DNA from: Gemmatimonadaceae bacterium
Lineage (GTDB): Bacteria > Gemmatimonadota > Gemmatimonadetes > Gemmatimonadales > Gemmatimonadaceae
Reading direction: 5' to 3'
Length of the DNA: 64,000 bases
Assembly (NCBI GenBank): GCA_045804225.1
Contig: JBJMNO010000024.1
Coordinates: 132,815-196,814 of the forward strand
Part shown: piece after piece, positions 55,277 through 64,000 of the stretch
Layout of the letters: the number at the start of each line of letters is the position of its first letter
Numbering within the stretch: the stretch's first letter is position 1
Position numbers and translations under genes: made by a program
Notes under the pieces: model-generated
Told to the model about the DNA's origin: nothing
What the model saw: the letters and a program-made list of their open reading frames with translations, nothing else
The model's database searches: none

Positions 55277-58200
55277 ATGCTTCCTCGTTTTGTCAGACGC
55301 GGTGCGCTCCTGACAGCGCTCGCGCTCGCTTACGCTTCCACTCCATCGGTGCTTCGCGCCCAAGCCGCTACCGGCACGGTGCGCGGACGTGTCACCGAAG
55401 GGTCAGGCGGACGCGGCATTCCTGAAGTCCAGGTCACGGTCACGGGCACGCGCATTGGCGCGCTCACGAACGCGAATGGTGACTTCACCCTGGTCGCGGT
55501 GCCGGTGGGCGCGCGCCCGCTCGAGGCGCGCCGCATCGGCTACCAGCCGGTGACGCGCACGATCACCGTGACTGCCGGCGACAACGACGCGGGCGCCATC
55601 GCGCTCAACGTGAGCGCCGTGAACCTCAATGAGGTCGTGGTCACCGGCACCGGGACGGCAACCGAGAAGAGGGCGATCGGCACCAGCATCGCCACCGTCG
55701 ACTCAGCTTTGATTAGCCGAGCGGAAGCGGTGACGGTCGATCAGGCGATGCAGGGGAAGATTCCCGGCGCGCAGATCACGCAGAACTCCGGCAATCCGGG
55801 GGAGGCGGTATCTCGGTTCGTCTGCGAGGAACGAACTCGTTCATCTCGGGCTCCGACCCGCTCTACATCGTTGACGGCGTGATCATCGACAACGGCTCGG
55901 CGCAGCTGGCGGACCTCGGTATTCGCTCGAATCCGCAGAACCGCCTCGCCGATATCAACCCCGACGACATCGAGCACATCGAGGTGACGCGTGGGGCCGC
56001 CGCGGCCGCACTCTATGGCTCGCGCGCGAACAACGGCGTCGTGCAGATCTTCACGAAGCGCGGCACGATCGGGAAGGCGCACTACACCGCGTCGACGCGA
56101 TTCTCGGAGAGCGAGCTGCGCGAGCAGCAGGCATTCAACTTCTATCCCTACAACGAGGCGGGACTTCCCGTCAATCGCTACAACTATCAGGACCAGATCT
56201 TCCATCGCGCGCCGGCGAATGAGCAGAACCTCACGGTCGAAGGCGGCAACGATCAGACTCGCTACTACATCAGCGGCAACTTCGCCAACGAAAACGGCAT
56301 CATGCGGTCGACGTCGTCGCGCCGCTCGGGTGCGCGCATCAACCTGCAGCAGCAACTCGCGTCGAAGCTACTCGGCAACGTCAGCGCGAACTACATCACG
56401 ACGCATAACGAGATGCAGGCGTTCGGCGAGCAGAACGACTACGGCATCATGGGCTCGCTCTTCTTCGCGCCGACGAGCGTCGACTTCCGGCCGGTGAACG
56501 GCATCTATCCCTTGCCGCCGGCGTTAGGTACGAATCCGCTGCTGGCGATCGACAAGATTCGCAATCCGCAGCAGATCGATCGCTTCATCGGCTCCACCAA
56601 GCTCACGTGGACGCCGCTCAGCAACGTCCTCCTCGACTACACGCTCGGTCTCGACAACACCGGATTCGAGCAGCGGCAGTTCGTGCCGCGCAACGCGGTG
56701 CTCGGCACGGCGCCCCTCGCGACGGGACGCTCGCAGTCGGTATTCCAGGCTTCGCGCGTCATCAATCAGGACGGCGTCGGCAGCTACACATGGAACCCGA
56801 TCGGGCCGTTCGATCTGCGCACGACCGCTGGTGCGAACTACACGTCGCAGCGCATTCGCGTGACGAGTGCGACCGCCAACGGCCTCGCGCCGGTCGGCGA
56901 TCTGGTGAGCGCGGGCTCGATCTTCGCCGCGGCGCAGACTGACGTCGAGCTGCGCACGCTCGGCTTCTACGGCCAACAGGAAGTGGCGTGGCGGAACAAG
57001 CTGTTCCTGACGGGTGGTGTGCGGTATGACGCATCGTCTACCTTCGCGCCATCCGAACGCTGGCAGGCATTCCCGAAGCTCTCGGCGTCCTACGTCGTGG
57101 TGGACAACAAGTCGGGCGCGCTCAACAACCTGCGACTGCGTTCCGCGTTAGGCTGGGCAGGCAGCCAGCCGAGTATTACGAACGCGTATTCGCAGTTCAT
57201 CGCGTACACACAGCTGCCGTTCGCCGGCCGTCCCGGCTTCGTGAACGACATCACCTACGGCAACCCGAACCTCAAGAACGAGCGGGCGCGGGAATGGGAG
57301 GTCGGCACGGACGTTGGCTTCCTCGACGGTCGCGTCTCCACCGAAGCGACGTACTACAATCGGCTCGTTTCGGATCTGCTCTTCTTCAAGCCGCTGCCGA
57401 CGAGCACTGGCTTCTCGCGTCAGTTCGCGCCGATCGGATCGATGTCGAACAAGGGTTTCGAGCTGCTGTTGCGCACGCAGAACCTCGATCGCCCGAACGT
57501 CAACTGGTCGTCGACAGTTACGTACGCGCGCAACAAAAACCTCGTCGAGAGCCTGAGCATTCAGGACTTCCAGTCGGCTGGCGGCTACCCGAATCGCATT
57601 CGCGCGGGCTACCCGGCGGGCGTGTTCTACGGGTCGTACGCCGCGCGTGACTGTGTGACGGGCGCCCTCTTGCTCGACTCGTTAGGCCGCTACCGCCGGA
57701 GCAATCAGACGGTCGACATGGGTGCGACGCTCGCCCAGCGGGAGGCGCTGAGCCACGGCACCTGTAACGACTCGCTCAACAAGATCATCGGCGATCCGAA
57801 TCCCAAGTGGACCGGCTCCTTCTTGAATGAAGTGACGCTCGCGCGACGAGTTCGGTTGCGCGCGCTGCTCGATGGCGTGTTCGGCAACCAGATCATGAAT
57901 CTTTCGACCCGCGCGGAGAACGCGGGCATCGCGAGCAATTCGAAGTCGTACGAGCGCGAACTGCTTCCGTATGGCGATCCACGCAAGCTGCCGCCGGGCT
58001 TCAACGCGCGCACGCAGGGCATCTTCGAGTACTGGATCGAGGACGGCACCTTCGTGAAGCTGCGCGAGCTCGCGGCGAGCTATACGCTCGATGCGTCGGC
58101 GATTCGCCGCTATTTCCGAGACGGCGTCGATCTCACGCTGTCTGGCCGCAACCTGTACGTGTGGACGAAATACAGCGGTTACGATCCCGAGATCAATCTT

Positions 58201-58320
58201 TTCGGCACCAACGCCGGCGGTATCGGCTCGGTGCAGACGACGGCCGCGGACCGCGGCTTCGACTTCGGTGGATATCCAATCCCGCGCACGTGGTCGTTGA
58301 GCGCGCGGTTCACGTTCTAA
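55277..58320 (+). pseudogene. SusC/RagA-type TonB-dependent receptor interrupted by a frameshift at a G5 run (55798-55802)
   Basis: Track ORFs 55277..55882 and 55879..58320 are two frames of one receptor. Frame 1 reads ...ITQNSGNPG, and frame 2 continues GGGISVRLRGTNSFISGSDPLYIVDGVIID. This matches the intact paralog (NSGAPGGGIQMQIRG...DPLYVVDGV). Confidence 0.8.
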
Positions 58321-58330
58321 TAGCGGAGAC

Positions 58331-59707
58331 ATGCACATGCGCATGATGAAGTGTCGCGCGGTGATCGTCGCCGCGCTGTCGGCGGGCGCGCTCACCGCGT
58401 GCAAGCTCGACGTCCAGAATCCAAATCAGCCGACGCAGGATCAGGTGACGACCAGCGTTGACGGTGTGATCGCGCTCGCGACGGGAGTGCAGGGTCGCTT
58501 TGCGCAATCGTACGGCAACTTTGCCTACATGGCGGGACTCGTCACCGATGAATTCGCGTCGACGAGCGCGGCGCTGATCTCGATCAGCGACGCGGAGCAG
58601 GGGGCCGTTCCCAGCGGTACCGGCATCGACGAGAACGTCTTCAACTCGATATACCGCACGGTGCGCACGGCGGACGATCTCCTTGCCGGGTCGGTCGCGC
58701 TCGGCTCGCAGTTCGAGCCGGGTACGCGAAGCGGCATTCGGGCTCTGGCCTTTGCGCTCAAAGCGGAATCGTTAGGTGAAGCGATCCAGTCGTACCAGAA
58801 GATTCCGATCAACACGTACAACATCACGGCGCCGATATACGTCGGTCGCGCGGAGGCGTTGAAGTACATTCGCGCGCTGCTCGATTCGGCGGCGGCGGAG
58901 ATTGCCACGCCGCCGAGCACGTTCTTCAATGCGAACATCCTCACGCCCGGGGTGAGCTTACCGAACGTGATTCAGCTCTTCCGCGCGCGATATGCGCGGA
59001 TGGCCAACGACGATGCGACGGCGCTGGCGGCGTCGAATCTGGTCGCCCGCAGTGGTCCCACGGCATTGTCGCTGCTCAGCTTCCCGTCGCCGACGGTGAA
59101 CTTCTTCGCCAACGTCACCGGCGGCACCAACGGTATCGCGCCGCGCCGGCAGTACCGGACGTCGATGGCGGCACAGGATCAGCGCTGGCAATACTTCGTC
59201 ATCCCGTCGGCGACGCTCACCGGGCGCGTCGGCGCGCCGCTTGACCCCTGGTCGCGCTACGCGAATCCGCAGGCGCCGATGCCGGTGTACATGCCTGACG
59301 AGGCTCTCCTCATCAAGGCGGAAGCGCTAACCCATCAGAATCAGCTCGCCGAAGCCCAGGCCGTGCTCGACTCCGTACGTACGGATTGCACCGGCGGCCG
59401 TGGCATCGACGATCCCAAGGCATGTCTGCCAGCGTTAGGCACGCAGCTCACGCAGGCGCAGCTCATCACCGAGATCTACAACCAGCGGAAGTACGAGCTG
59501 TTCAGCACCGGTCTGCGTTGGGAAGACACGCGCCGCCTGGCGGCGATCCAAGGACCGGTGGCGGCACCAGCAGTGCCGACCTCGGGTCAGCGCTGCTGGC
59601 TGCCGTACGCGGTCGGCGATCGCAACGCCAACCCGAATGCCACGTTCACCGCGCTCCCCGATCCCACGGAGCCCACGTCGTTCCCCGCCAGCTGCCCGAC
59701 CACGTGA
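58331..59707 (+). CDS. SusD/RagB-family outer-membrane lipoprotein
   Basis: Lipobox AGALTAC. RagB/SusD-like helical sequence. Lies immediately downstream of the SusC-like gene. Confidence 0.85.
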   Translation: MHMRMMKCRAVIVAALSAGALTACKLDVQNPNQPTQDQVTTSVDGVIALATGVQGRFAQSYGNFAYMAGLVTDEFASTSAALISISDAEQGAVPSGTGIDENVFNSIYRTVRTADDLLAGSVALGSQFEPGTRSGIRALAFALKAESLGEAIQSYQKIPINTYNITAPIYVGRAEALKYIRALLDSAAAEIATPPSTFFNANILTPGVSLPNVIQLFRARYARMANDDATALAASNLVARSGPTALSLLSFPSPTVNFFANVTGGTNGIAPRRQYRTSMAAQDQRWQYFVIPSATLTGRVGAPLDPWSRYANPQAPMPVYMPDEALLIKAEALTHQNQLAEAQAVLDSVRTDCTGGRGIDDPKACLPALGTQLTQAQLITEIYNQRKYELFSTGLRWEDTRRLAAIQGPVAAPAVPTSGQRCWLPYAVGDRNANPNATFTALPDPTEPTSFPASCPTT

Positions 59708-59715
59708 CGTCGACC

Positions 59716-60525
59716 ATGACCACTTTACCTTCATACAACCGGATCGCGGTTAGGCGCGCGATTATCGCCGTCGCCGCCGGCGTCCTCTCGGCGACGACGC
59801 TCGCGTGCGGCACGAAGGAGGCTCCCACCGGCCTTCAGCCGTCGGGCACGACCGGACGCATCCGCTTCGTGAATCTCATCAACGATCCGGCGCGCAATCC
59901 CGTGAACGCGATTCTCGAGAAGGTGCCGTTCGGCGTCAACCTCGGCTACGCGGGAACGACGCCATCCAGTCTTCCGGCGCCGAACACCGCGAACTATTCG
60001 GCGGTCCTCACCGGCGATCGATCGCTCGTGTTGAAGAAGACGGCTGACACAACCGTCACGGTGGCGTCGTTTACACTGCCGATTGCCGCGAACGAAGACC
60101 GTACGGTGTACGCGACGGGCGGCGCGGGCGGCGGCACCGTGACCTCGTTCGTGACGAAAGACACGATGGGCGTCGCGATTCCCGCGGGACAAGCGCGAGT
60201 GCGCGTCGTCAACATGAGCCCCGCGGCGGGGGCTGTCGATGTATTCATCACCGCGCCTAACGCCGATCTCTCCACGGCAACGCCGGTCGCTAGCAATGTT
60301 GGCGCGCAGGCGGTATCGGCCTACGTCAACATCCCCGCACTCACGTCATTTCAGGTGAGGGCTGTGCCGGCGGGCACTGCTCCCGCGAATCGTTCGGCGG
60401 CGGTGCTGGTCTCCATCACCCCAACTACGGTAACTCTCGCCGCGGGCAGCGGTCGCACGATCGTCATCGCCGACCGGGCCGCCGGCGGAGGACCGCCAAC
60501 GGCGTTCGTGTTGACGGATCAGTAG
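59716..60525 (+). CDS. DUF4397-domain lipoprotein
   Basis: MTTLPSYNRIAVRRAIIAVAAGVLSATTLAC has a lipobox. Repeated IRFVNLI... and VRVVNMSPAAGAVDVFI blocks are typical of DUF4397. Confidence 0.75.
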   Translation: MTTLPSYNRIAVRRAIIAVAAGVLSATTLACGTKEAPTGLQPSGTTGRIRFVNLINDPARNPVNAILEKVPFGVNLGYAGTTPSSLPAPNTANYSAVLTGDRSLVLKKTADTTVTVASFTLPIAANEDRTVYATGGAGGGTVTSFVTKDTMGVAIPAGQARVRVVNMSPAAGAVDVFITAPNADLSTATPVASNVGAQAVSAYVNIPALTSFQVRAVPAGTAPANRSAAVLVSITPTTVTLAAGSGRTIVIADRAAGGGPPTAFVLTDQ

Positions 60526-60562
60526 GACGCGAGAGCGAACCAGAAAGCCAAAAGAGAGAACC

Positions 60563-60595
60563 AAAAAGAGCGAACCGGATGGTTCGCTCTTTTTG
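60563..60595 (+). terminator. Rho-independent terminator
   Basis: AAAA-AGAGCGAACC-GGAT-GGTTCGCTCT-TTTT, i.e. a 10-bp GC-rich stem with a 4-nt loop and a T run. Confidence 0.8.
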
Positions 60596-60682
60596 TACTT
60601 CGCCGCTTATTTCCCCCCCGAGTTGACATAGGCCTCCCTCGTCCGTATACCTATTTCACCAATGCCTCGAGCCTAATCCACC

Positions 60683-61012
60683 ATGGCTGGCTCCAACCTG
60701 TATACGGGGACGCTCGACCTACTCATCCTCAAGGCCGTGAGCTGGGGGCCTCGCCATGGCTATGCCATCGGCCGGTGGATTCGGGAGACGACTGACGACG
60801 TCCTCGTCGTGCAGGAAGGTGTGTTGTACCCCGCCCTCCATCGACTCGAGCGGCGCGGCCTGCTGGCCGAAGAGTGGCGGCGCAGTGAGACGGGGCGCGA
60901 TGCGAAATACTACACACTCACGACCGCAGGAAGGCGCGAGCTGCGCGCCGAGACGTCGCGGTGGGTCGAACATACCCGCGCCGTCAATCGCGCCCTCGCC
61001 ATCTCGACTTAG
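60683..61012 (+). CDS. PadR-family transcriptional regulator
   Basis: LDLLILKAVSWGPRHGYAIGRWIRE...EGVLYPALHRLERRGLL...YYTLTTAGR is the canonical PadR sequence. Confidence 0.9.
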   Translation: MAGSNLYTGTLDLLILKAVSWGPRHGYAIGRWIRETTDDVLVVQEGVLYPALHRLERRGLLAEEWRRSETGRDAKYYTLTTAGRRELRAETSRWVEHTRAVNRALAIST

Positions 61013-61021
61013 GAGGAGCTC

Positions 61022-63709
61022 GTGCCGCGCTCGTTCCGCTTCACGCATAGCCGTCGCGACGTCACCGACGAGATCGGGTTTCATCTCGAGATGCGAACCC
61101 GCGAATTCATCGAGCGCGGGATGTCTCCCGAAGACGCACGGCGCGCCGCCGCGGCCTCGTTCGGTGACGTGGCCGCGATCGAGGCCGAGTGCCGCCACGA
61201 GCGGACGCAGCGTGTGCGCACCGAGGCACGCCGCGATTGGCTGCAGGGGACGAGCCTCGATCTGAAGGTTGCGCTTCGCGGTCTCTGGCGCCGACCGGCG
61301 TTCACCGCTGCGGCCATCCTCACCCTTACGTTAGGCATCGGAGCCGCGGCCGCCGTCTTCGCCATCGTCTCGGGAGTGCTTCTCCGGCCGCTTCCGTATC
61401 GCGAACCGTCGCGATTGATGATGGTGTGGATGGAAGCGAACGACGTCCGCGGTTCGTCGAGCAAGTTGCCATTGTCGGCGCCGCTGTATCTCGACATGCG
61501 CCGCGACGTACCAGCGCTTTCGCTGAATGCCGCCTTTCGCACATGGTCGTACGCGTTGAGCGAAGGTGGAACTCCTGAGCAGCTCGCCGGCGTCAAAGCG
61601 AGACCCGCACTTTTCGCCACGCTCGGCGTCCGTCCCACCATTGGACGTGACTTTAGCGATGCGGACGCTCTTCCTGGCGCACCGCACGTCGCGATCATCA
61701 GCGACGGCCTCTGGCGACGTCGCTGGGCCGGTGATCCGTCTGTGGTGGGCAAGCTCGTGACGCTCAGCGGCGAGAGGTTCACGATCATTGGTGTCGCACC
61801 GAAGGACTTCGGGTTTCCTCGCGGCGCCGAGCTGCCAAGCGGTTTGCAGTTTCCACTGCGCACGGATATCTGGACGCCGCTCGCCTTCGACCAAGCCGAC
61901 CTGAAGAATCGCTGGACGCTCAACCTCGCTGCTGTCGCCCGACTTGGCAGCGGGGTGACCGAGGCTACAGCGGATGCGCAGCTTTCGGCGCTCGCGAAGC
62001 GCATCAACCAGGAATATCTCAAGGGTAAGGATCGTTTCCGCTTCCAGGCGGTCTCGCTCGCGGAACAAGCCGCTGCGCCCGTACGCCGCACCTTGCTCGT
62101 CCTCTTGGGCGCGGTGGCGCTCGTCCTTGTGATTGCCTGTGTGAACGTTGCCAACTTGCTCATCGCGCGGCTAGGCGGCCGTCGTCGCGAGCTCGCCGTA
62201 CGCACGGCGTTGGGAGCTGGTGGCGCGCGGCTCACGCGGCAGCTGGTCCTCGAGAACACACTGCTCGCCTCCCTCGGCGCTGTGGGCGGACTCGTGGTAG
62301 CGACGCTCGCGACGCGCGTCATGCTTGCACTCGTACCGGGGCAGCTCCCGCGAGCTGACGACGTTGCCATCGATTGGCGCGTTCTACTCGCCTGTGCCGT
62401 CTGCGCGCTCCTTGCAGGAATAGTCTTCGGCATCGCGGCCGCCGCGCACGCGCGTGGGGCGCCACTCGCTTCGGCGCTCTCGGGTGGCAGCGCCCGCGCG
62501 ACGGCCGGCGTGTCGCGAACTTCTGGACGACGCATGCTCGTCGGGGCGCAGATCGCGCTCTCGCTCGTGCTGCTCGTCGCCGCCGGTCTCCTGGCCGCGA
62601 GCTTCGTTAGGCTTCAGCACGTCGACGCTGGCTTCGTGCCCGACCACGCGGTCACCGCGCGCGTCGATTATCCGGTCGCGGGCCAATTCGACTTCGCCCG
62701 CGACGGCGCGACGTGGTCGGCCTTCTTCACTCAGCTCGTCGAGCGCGCGGGCCGGCTGCCTCACGTGACAGCCGCAGGCGCAGTGAGTGGATTGCCACTC
62801 GCGGGTGATCCGGAGTCGTCCGATTTTGAGGTGGAGGGCCGCCTCTCACCCGACCCCGGCCAACGCCCTAAGGCTGAATATGCCGTTGTCGCGGGCGATT
62901 ACTTTCGCGCGATGGGCATTCACACCGTCTCCGGCCGCACCTTCGCGAATACCGATCGCGCCGAAACGCCACGCGTCATCGTCATCAATCGCGAGCTGGC
63001 GCGGAAGTTTTTCCCGAGCGAGCAACCGATCGGTCGTCGGATCATTTGCGGCTGCGACTTCACGCCAGGGTCGCGCGAGATCGTCGGGATCGTCGAGAAT
63101 GTGCACGTGACGTCGCTCGAGGATCCAATCGTTCCCGCCGTGTACGTGCCCGAGACACAGATGACGTATCCCAGTCTCAGCCTCGTATTGCGAACGACGG
63201 GCGATCCGAGCGCCGTGTTACCGGCACTACGTGGCGAGCTCCACGCGCTCGCGCCGGACATCGCGCTTCAGCAAGCTCGCACGCTCACCGATGTCGCGGC
63301 GACCTCCCTCGCGCGGCAGCGATTCAATCTGGTGTTGATCGGCGCCTTTGCCACCGTCGCGCTCGCGCTGTCGATCGTCGGTCTCTACGGCATCATCGCC
63401 CTTGGCGTCGGCGAGCGCCGGCGCGAGCTCGGCGTTCGTCTCGCGTTAGGCGCGCGCCCCGCCAGCGTGCTCGCTCTTGTTCTTGGTGAGGGGCTACGCA
63501 TCGCCGCGGTAGGCATCGTAGTGGGAACGCTCGCCGCTGCTGCCGCCGCTCGATTGTTGCGCGGGATGTTGTATGAAGTCGGCGCCGCCGACCTGACGAT
63601 CTATATAGGTGCGGCCATGGTGGTCGGTGTCGTCGCCATGGCATCGACATGGATACCAGCACGTGCGGCGACTCGTGTCGATCCGGCCATTGCGCTCCGG
63701 TCGGATTAG
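61022..63709 (+). CDS. ADOP-family ABC transporter permease (MacB/FtsX-like)
   Basis: 895 aa, GTG start 10 nt after padR. Has the N-terminal PadR-associated helix, the LKVALRGLWRRPAFTAAAILTLTLGIGAA motif, and two FtsX domains. Confidence 0.9.
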   Translation: MPRSFRFTHSRRDVTDEIGFHLEMRTREFIERGMSPEDARRAAAASFGDVAAIEAECRHERTQRVRTEARRDWLQGTSLDLKVALRGLWRRPAFTAAAILTLTLGIGAAAAVFAIVSGVLLRPLPYREPSRLMMVWMEANDVRGSSSKLPLSAPLYLDMRRDVPALSLNAAFRTWSYALSEGGTPEQLAGVKARPALFATLGVRPTIGRDFSDADALPGAPHVAIISDGLWRRRWAGDPSVVGKLVTLSGERFTIIGVAPKDFGFPRGAELPSGLQFPLRTDIWTPLAFDQADLKNRWTLNLAAVARLGSGVTEATADAQLSALAKRINQEYLKGKDRFRFQAVSLAEQAAAPVRRTLLVLLGAVALVLVIACVNVANLLIARLGGRRRELAVRTALGAGGARLTRQLVLENTLLASLGAVGGLVVATLATRVMLALVPGQLPRADDVAIDWRVLLACAVCALLAGIVFGIAAAAHARGAPLASALSGGSARATAGVSRTSGRRMLVGAQIALSLVLLVAAGLLAASFVRLQHVDAGFVPDHAVTARVDYPVAGQFDFARDGATWSAFFTQLVERAGRLPHVTAAGAVSGLPLAGDPESSDFEVEGRLSPDPGQRPKAEYAVVAGDYFRAMGIHTVSGRTFANTDRAETPRVIVINRELARKFFPSEQPIGRRIICGCDFTPGSREIVGIVENVHVTSLEDPIVPAVYVPETQMTYPSLSLVLRTTGDPSAVLPALRGELHALAPDIALQQARTLTDVAATSLARQRFNLVLIGAFATVALALSIVGLYGIIALGVGERRRELGVRLALGARPASVLALVLGEGLRIAAVGIVVGTLAAAAAARLLRGMLYEVGAADLTIYIGAAMVVGVVAMASTWIPARAATRVDPAIALRSD

Positions 63710-63726
63710 AGGAGGACAAGTGCACG

Positions 63727-63757
63727 AAAAGAGCGCAAACTACGGTGCGCTCTTTTC
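63727..63757. terminator. Bidirectional intrinsic terminator between convergent genes
   Basis: AAAA-GAGCGCA-loop-TGCGCTC-TTTT, with an A-tract and a T-tract flanking the stem. Confidence 0.7.
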
Positions 63758-63783
63758 GGTTCGCTCTTCGTGTACTGAAAGAT

Positions 63784-64000
63784 CTATCGCTTGGCCACCC
63801 CAGCCACCGATCCTGCCATATACGGATTGCCGCCGAGTGCCGCCGAAATATCGGCGATGGCTTTTTGGGCACGAACACTATTGCCCGCCTCGTCGAGTGG
63901 GGGCGAGACGACGGCGACTCCCCACTTTCCTGGCGACACGGCGAGCAACCCGCCGCCGACACCGCTCTTGGCGGGCAGGCCTGTCATATAGAGCCACTTG
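63784..64000 (-). CDS. glsA: Glutaminase A, C-terminal part (gene continues beyond the window end)
   Basis: ...[44 protein letters not shown] is the conserved glutaminase C-terminus. The reading frame is open to the window edge. Confidence 0.75.
   Translation of the reverse strand, partial: KWLYMTGLPAKSGVGGGLLAVSPGKWGVAVVSPPLDEAGNSVRAQKAIADISAALGGNPYMAGSVAGVAKR

Noticed and set aside
1-64000. TTAGGC inside the motif equals the nematode telomere repeat unit
   Set aside because: All copies are single, are embedded in bacterial ORFs with unrelated flanks, and are never tandem. This is a coincidence of a 6-mer.
1-64000. Prophage, integrative element, toxin-antitoxin or known defence-system gene sets
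   Set aside because: I recognised no integrase, transposase, recombinase, capsid/terminase, restriction-modification, Cas, or other characteristic defence genes in any frame.

Overview
GC-rich (about two-thirds G+C by eye, not computed), densely coding chromosomal segment. Gene content suggests a soil Gram-negative bacterium, possibly Gemmatimonadota or Acidobacteriota (low confidence): two ADOP/FtsX-type permeases (one with PadR), two SusC/SusD pairs, DUF5916, and a TPR Ser/Thr kinase. I support about 56 protein-coding genes, mostly on the minus strand up to ~39 kb and mostly on the plus strand after that. I recognised no rRNA, tRNA, CRISPR array, transposase, integrase or phage genes. The genes themselves are ordinary housekeeping or accessory metabolism; the unusual content is in the DNA-level structure. 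(1) The asymmetric octamer CGTTAGGC is hyper-abundant: about 75 GTTAGG cores, roughly one per 0.85 kb. It is written into ORFs using otherwise-avoided codons (TTA, CTA, AGG) and is strand-biased 54:21. This resembles an uptake-sequence, Chi/KOPS-like or HIP1-like genomic signal that I cannot match to any described motif. (2) An 850-bp noncoding array with 20-21 nt periodicity lies upstream of a SusC/SusD operon. (3) Composite tandem-heptamer arrays, (GGGTAGA)n(GTGGCGC)n, sit directly after stop codons; one forms nine G3 tracts. (4) A palindromic REP/MITE-like family (GTCATCCTGAG..GAAGGATCTGCTGTT) occurs at about 10 loci, and several copies are read through in frame by flanking ORFs. Smaller items include a SusC gene frameshifted at a G5 run, a VOC enzyme fused to a histone-H1-like Lys/Ala tail, an MFS pump fused to a MarR-like domain, and a ligase-associated DNA-damage module lacking its ligase. 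All counts are hand scans and may be off by a few.
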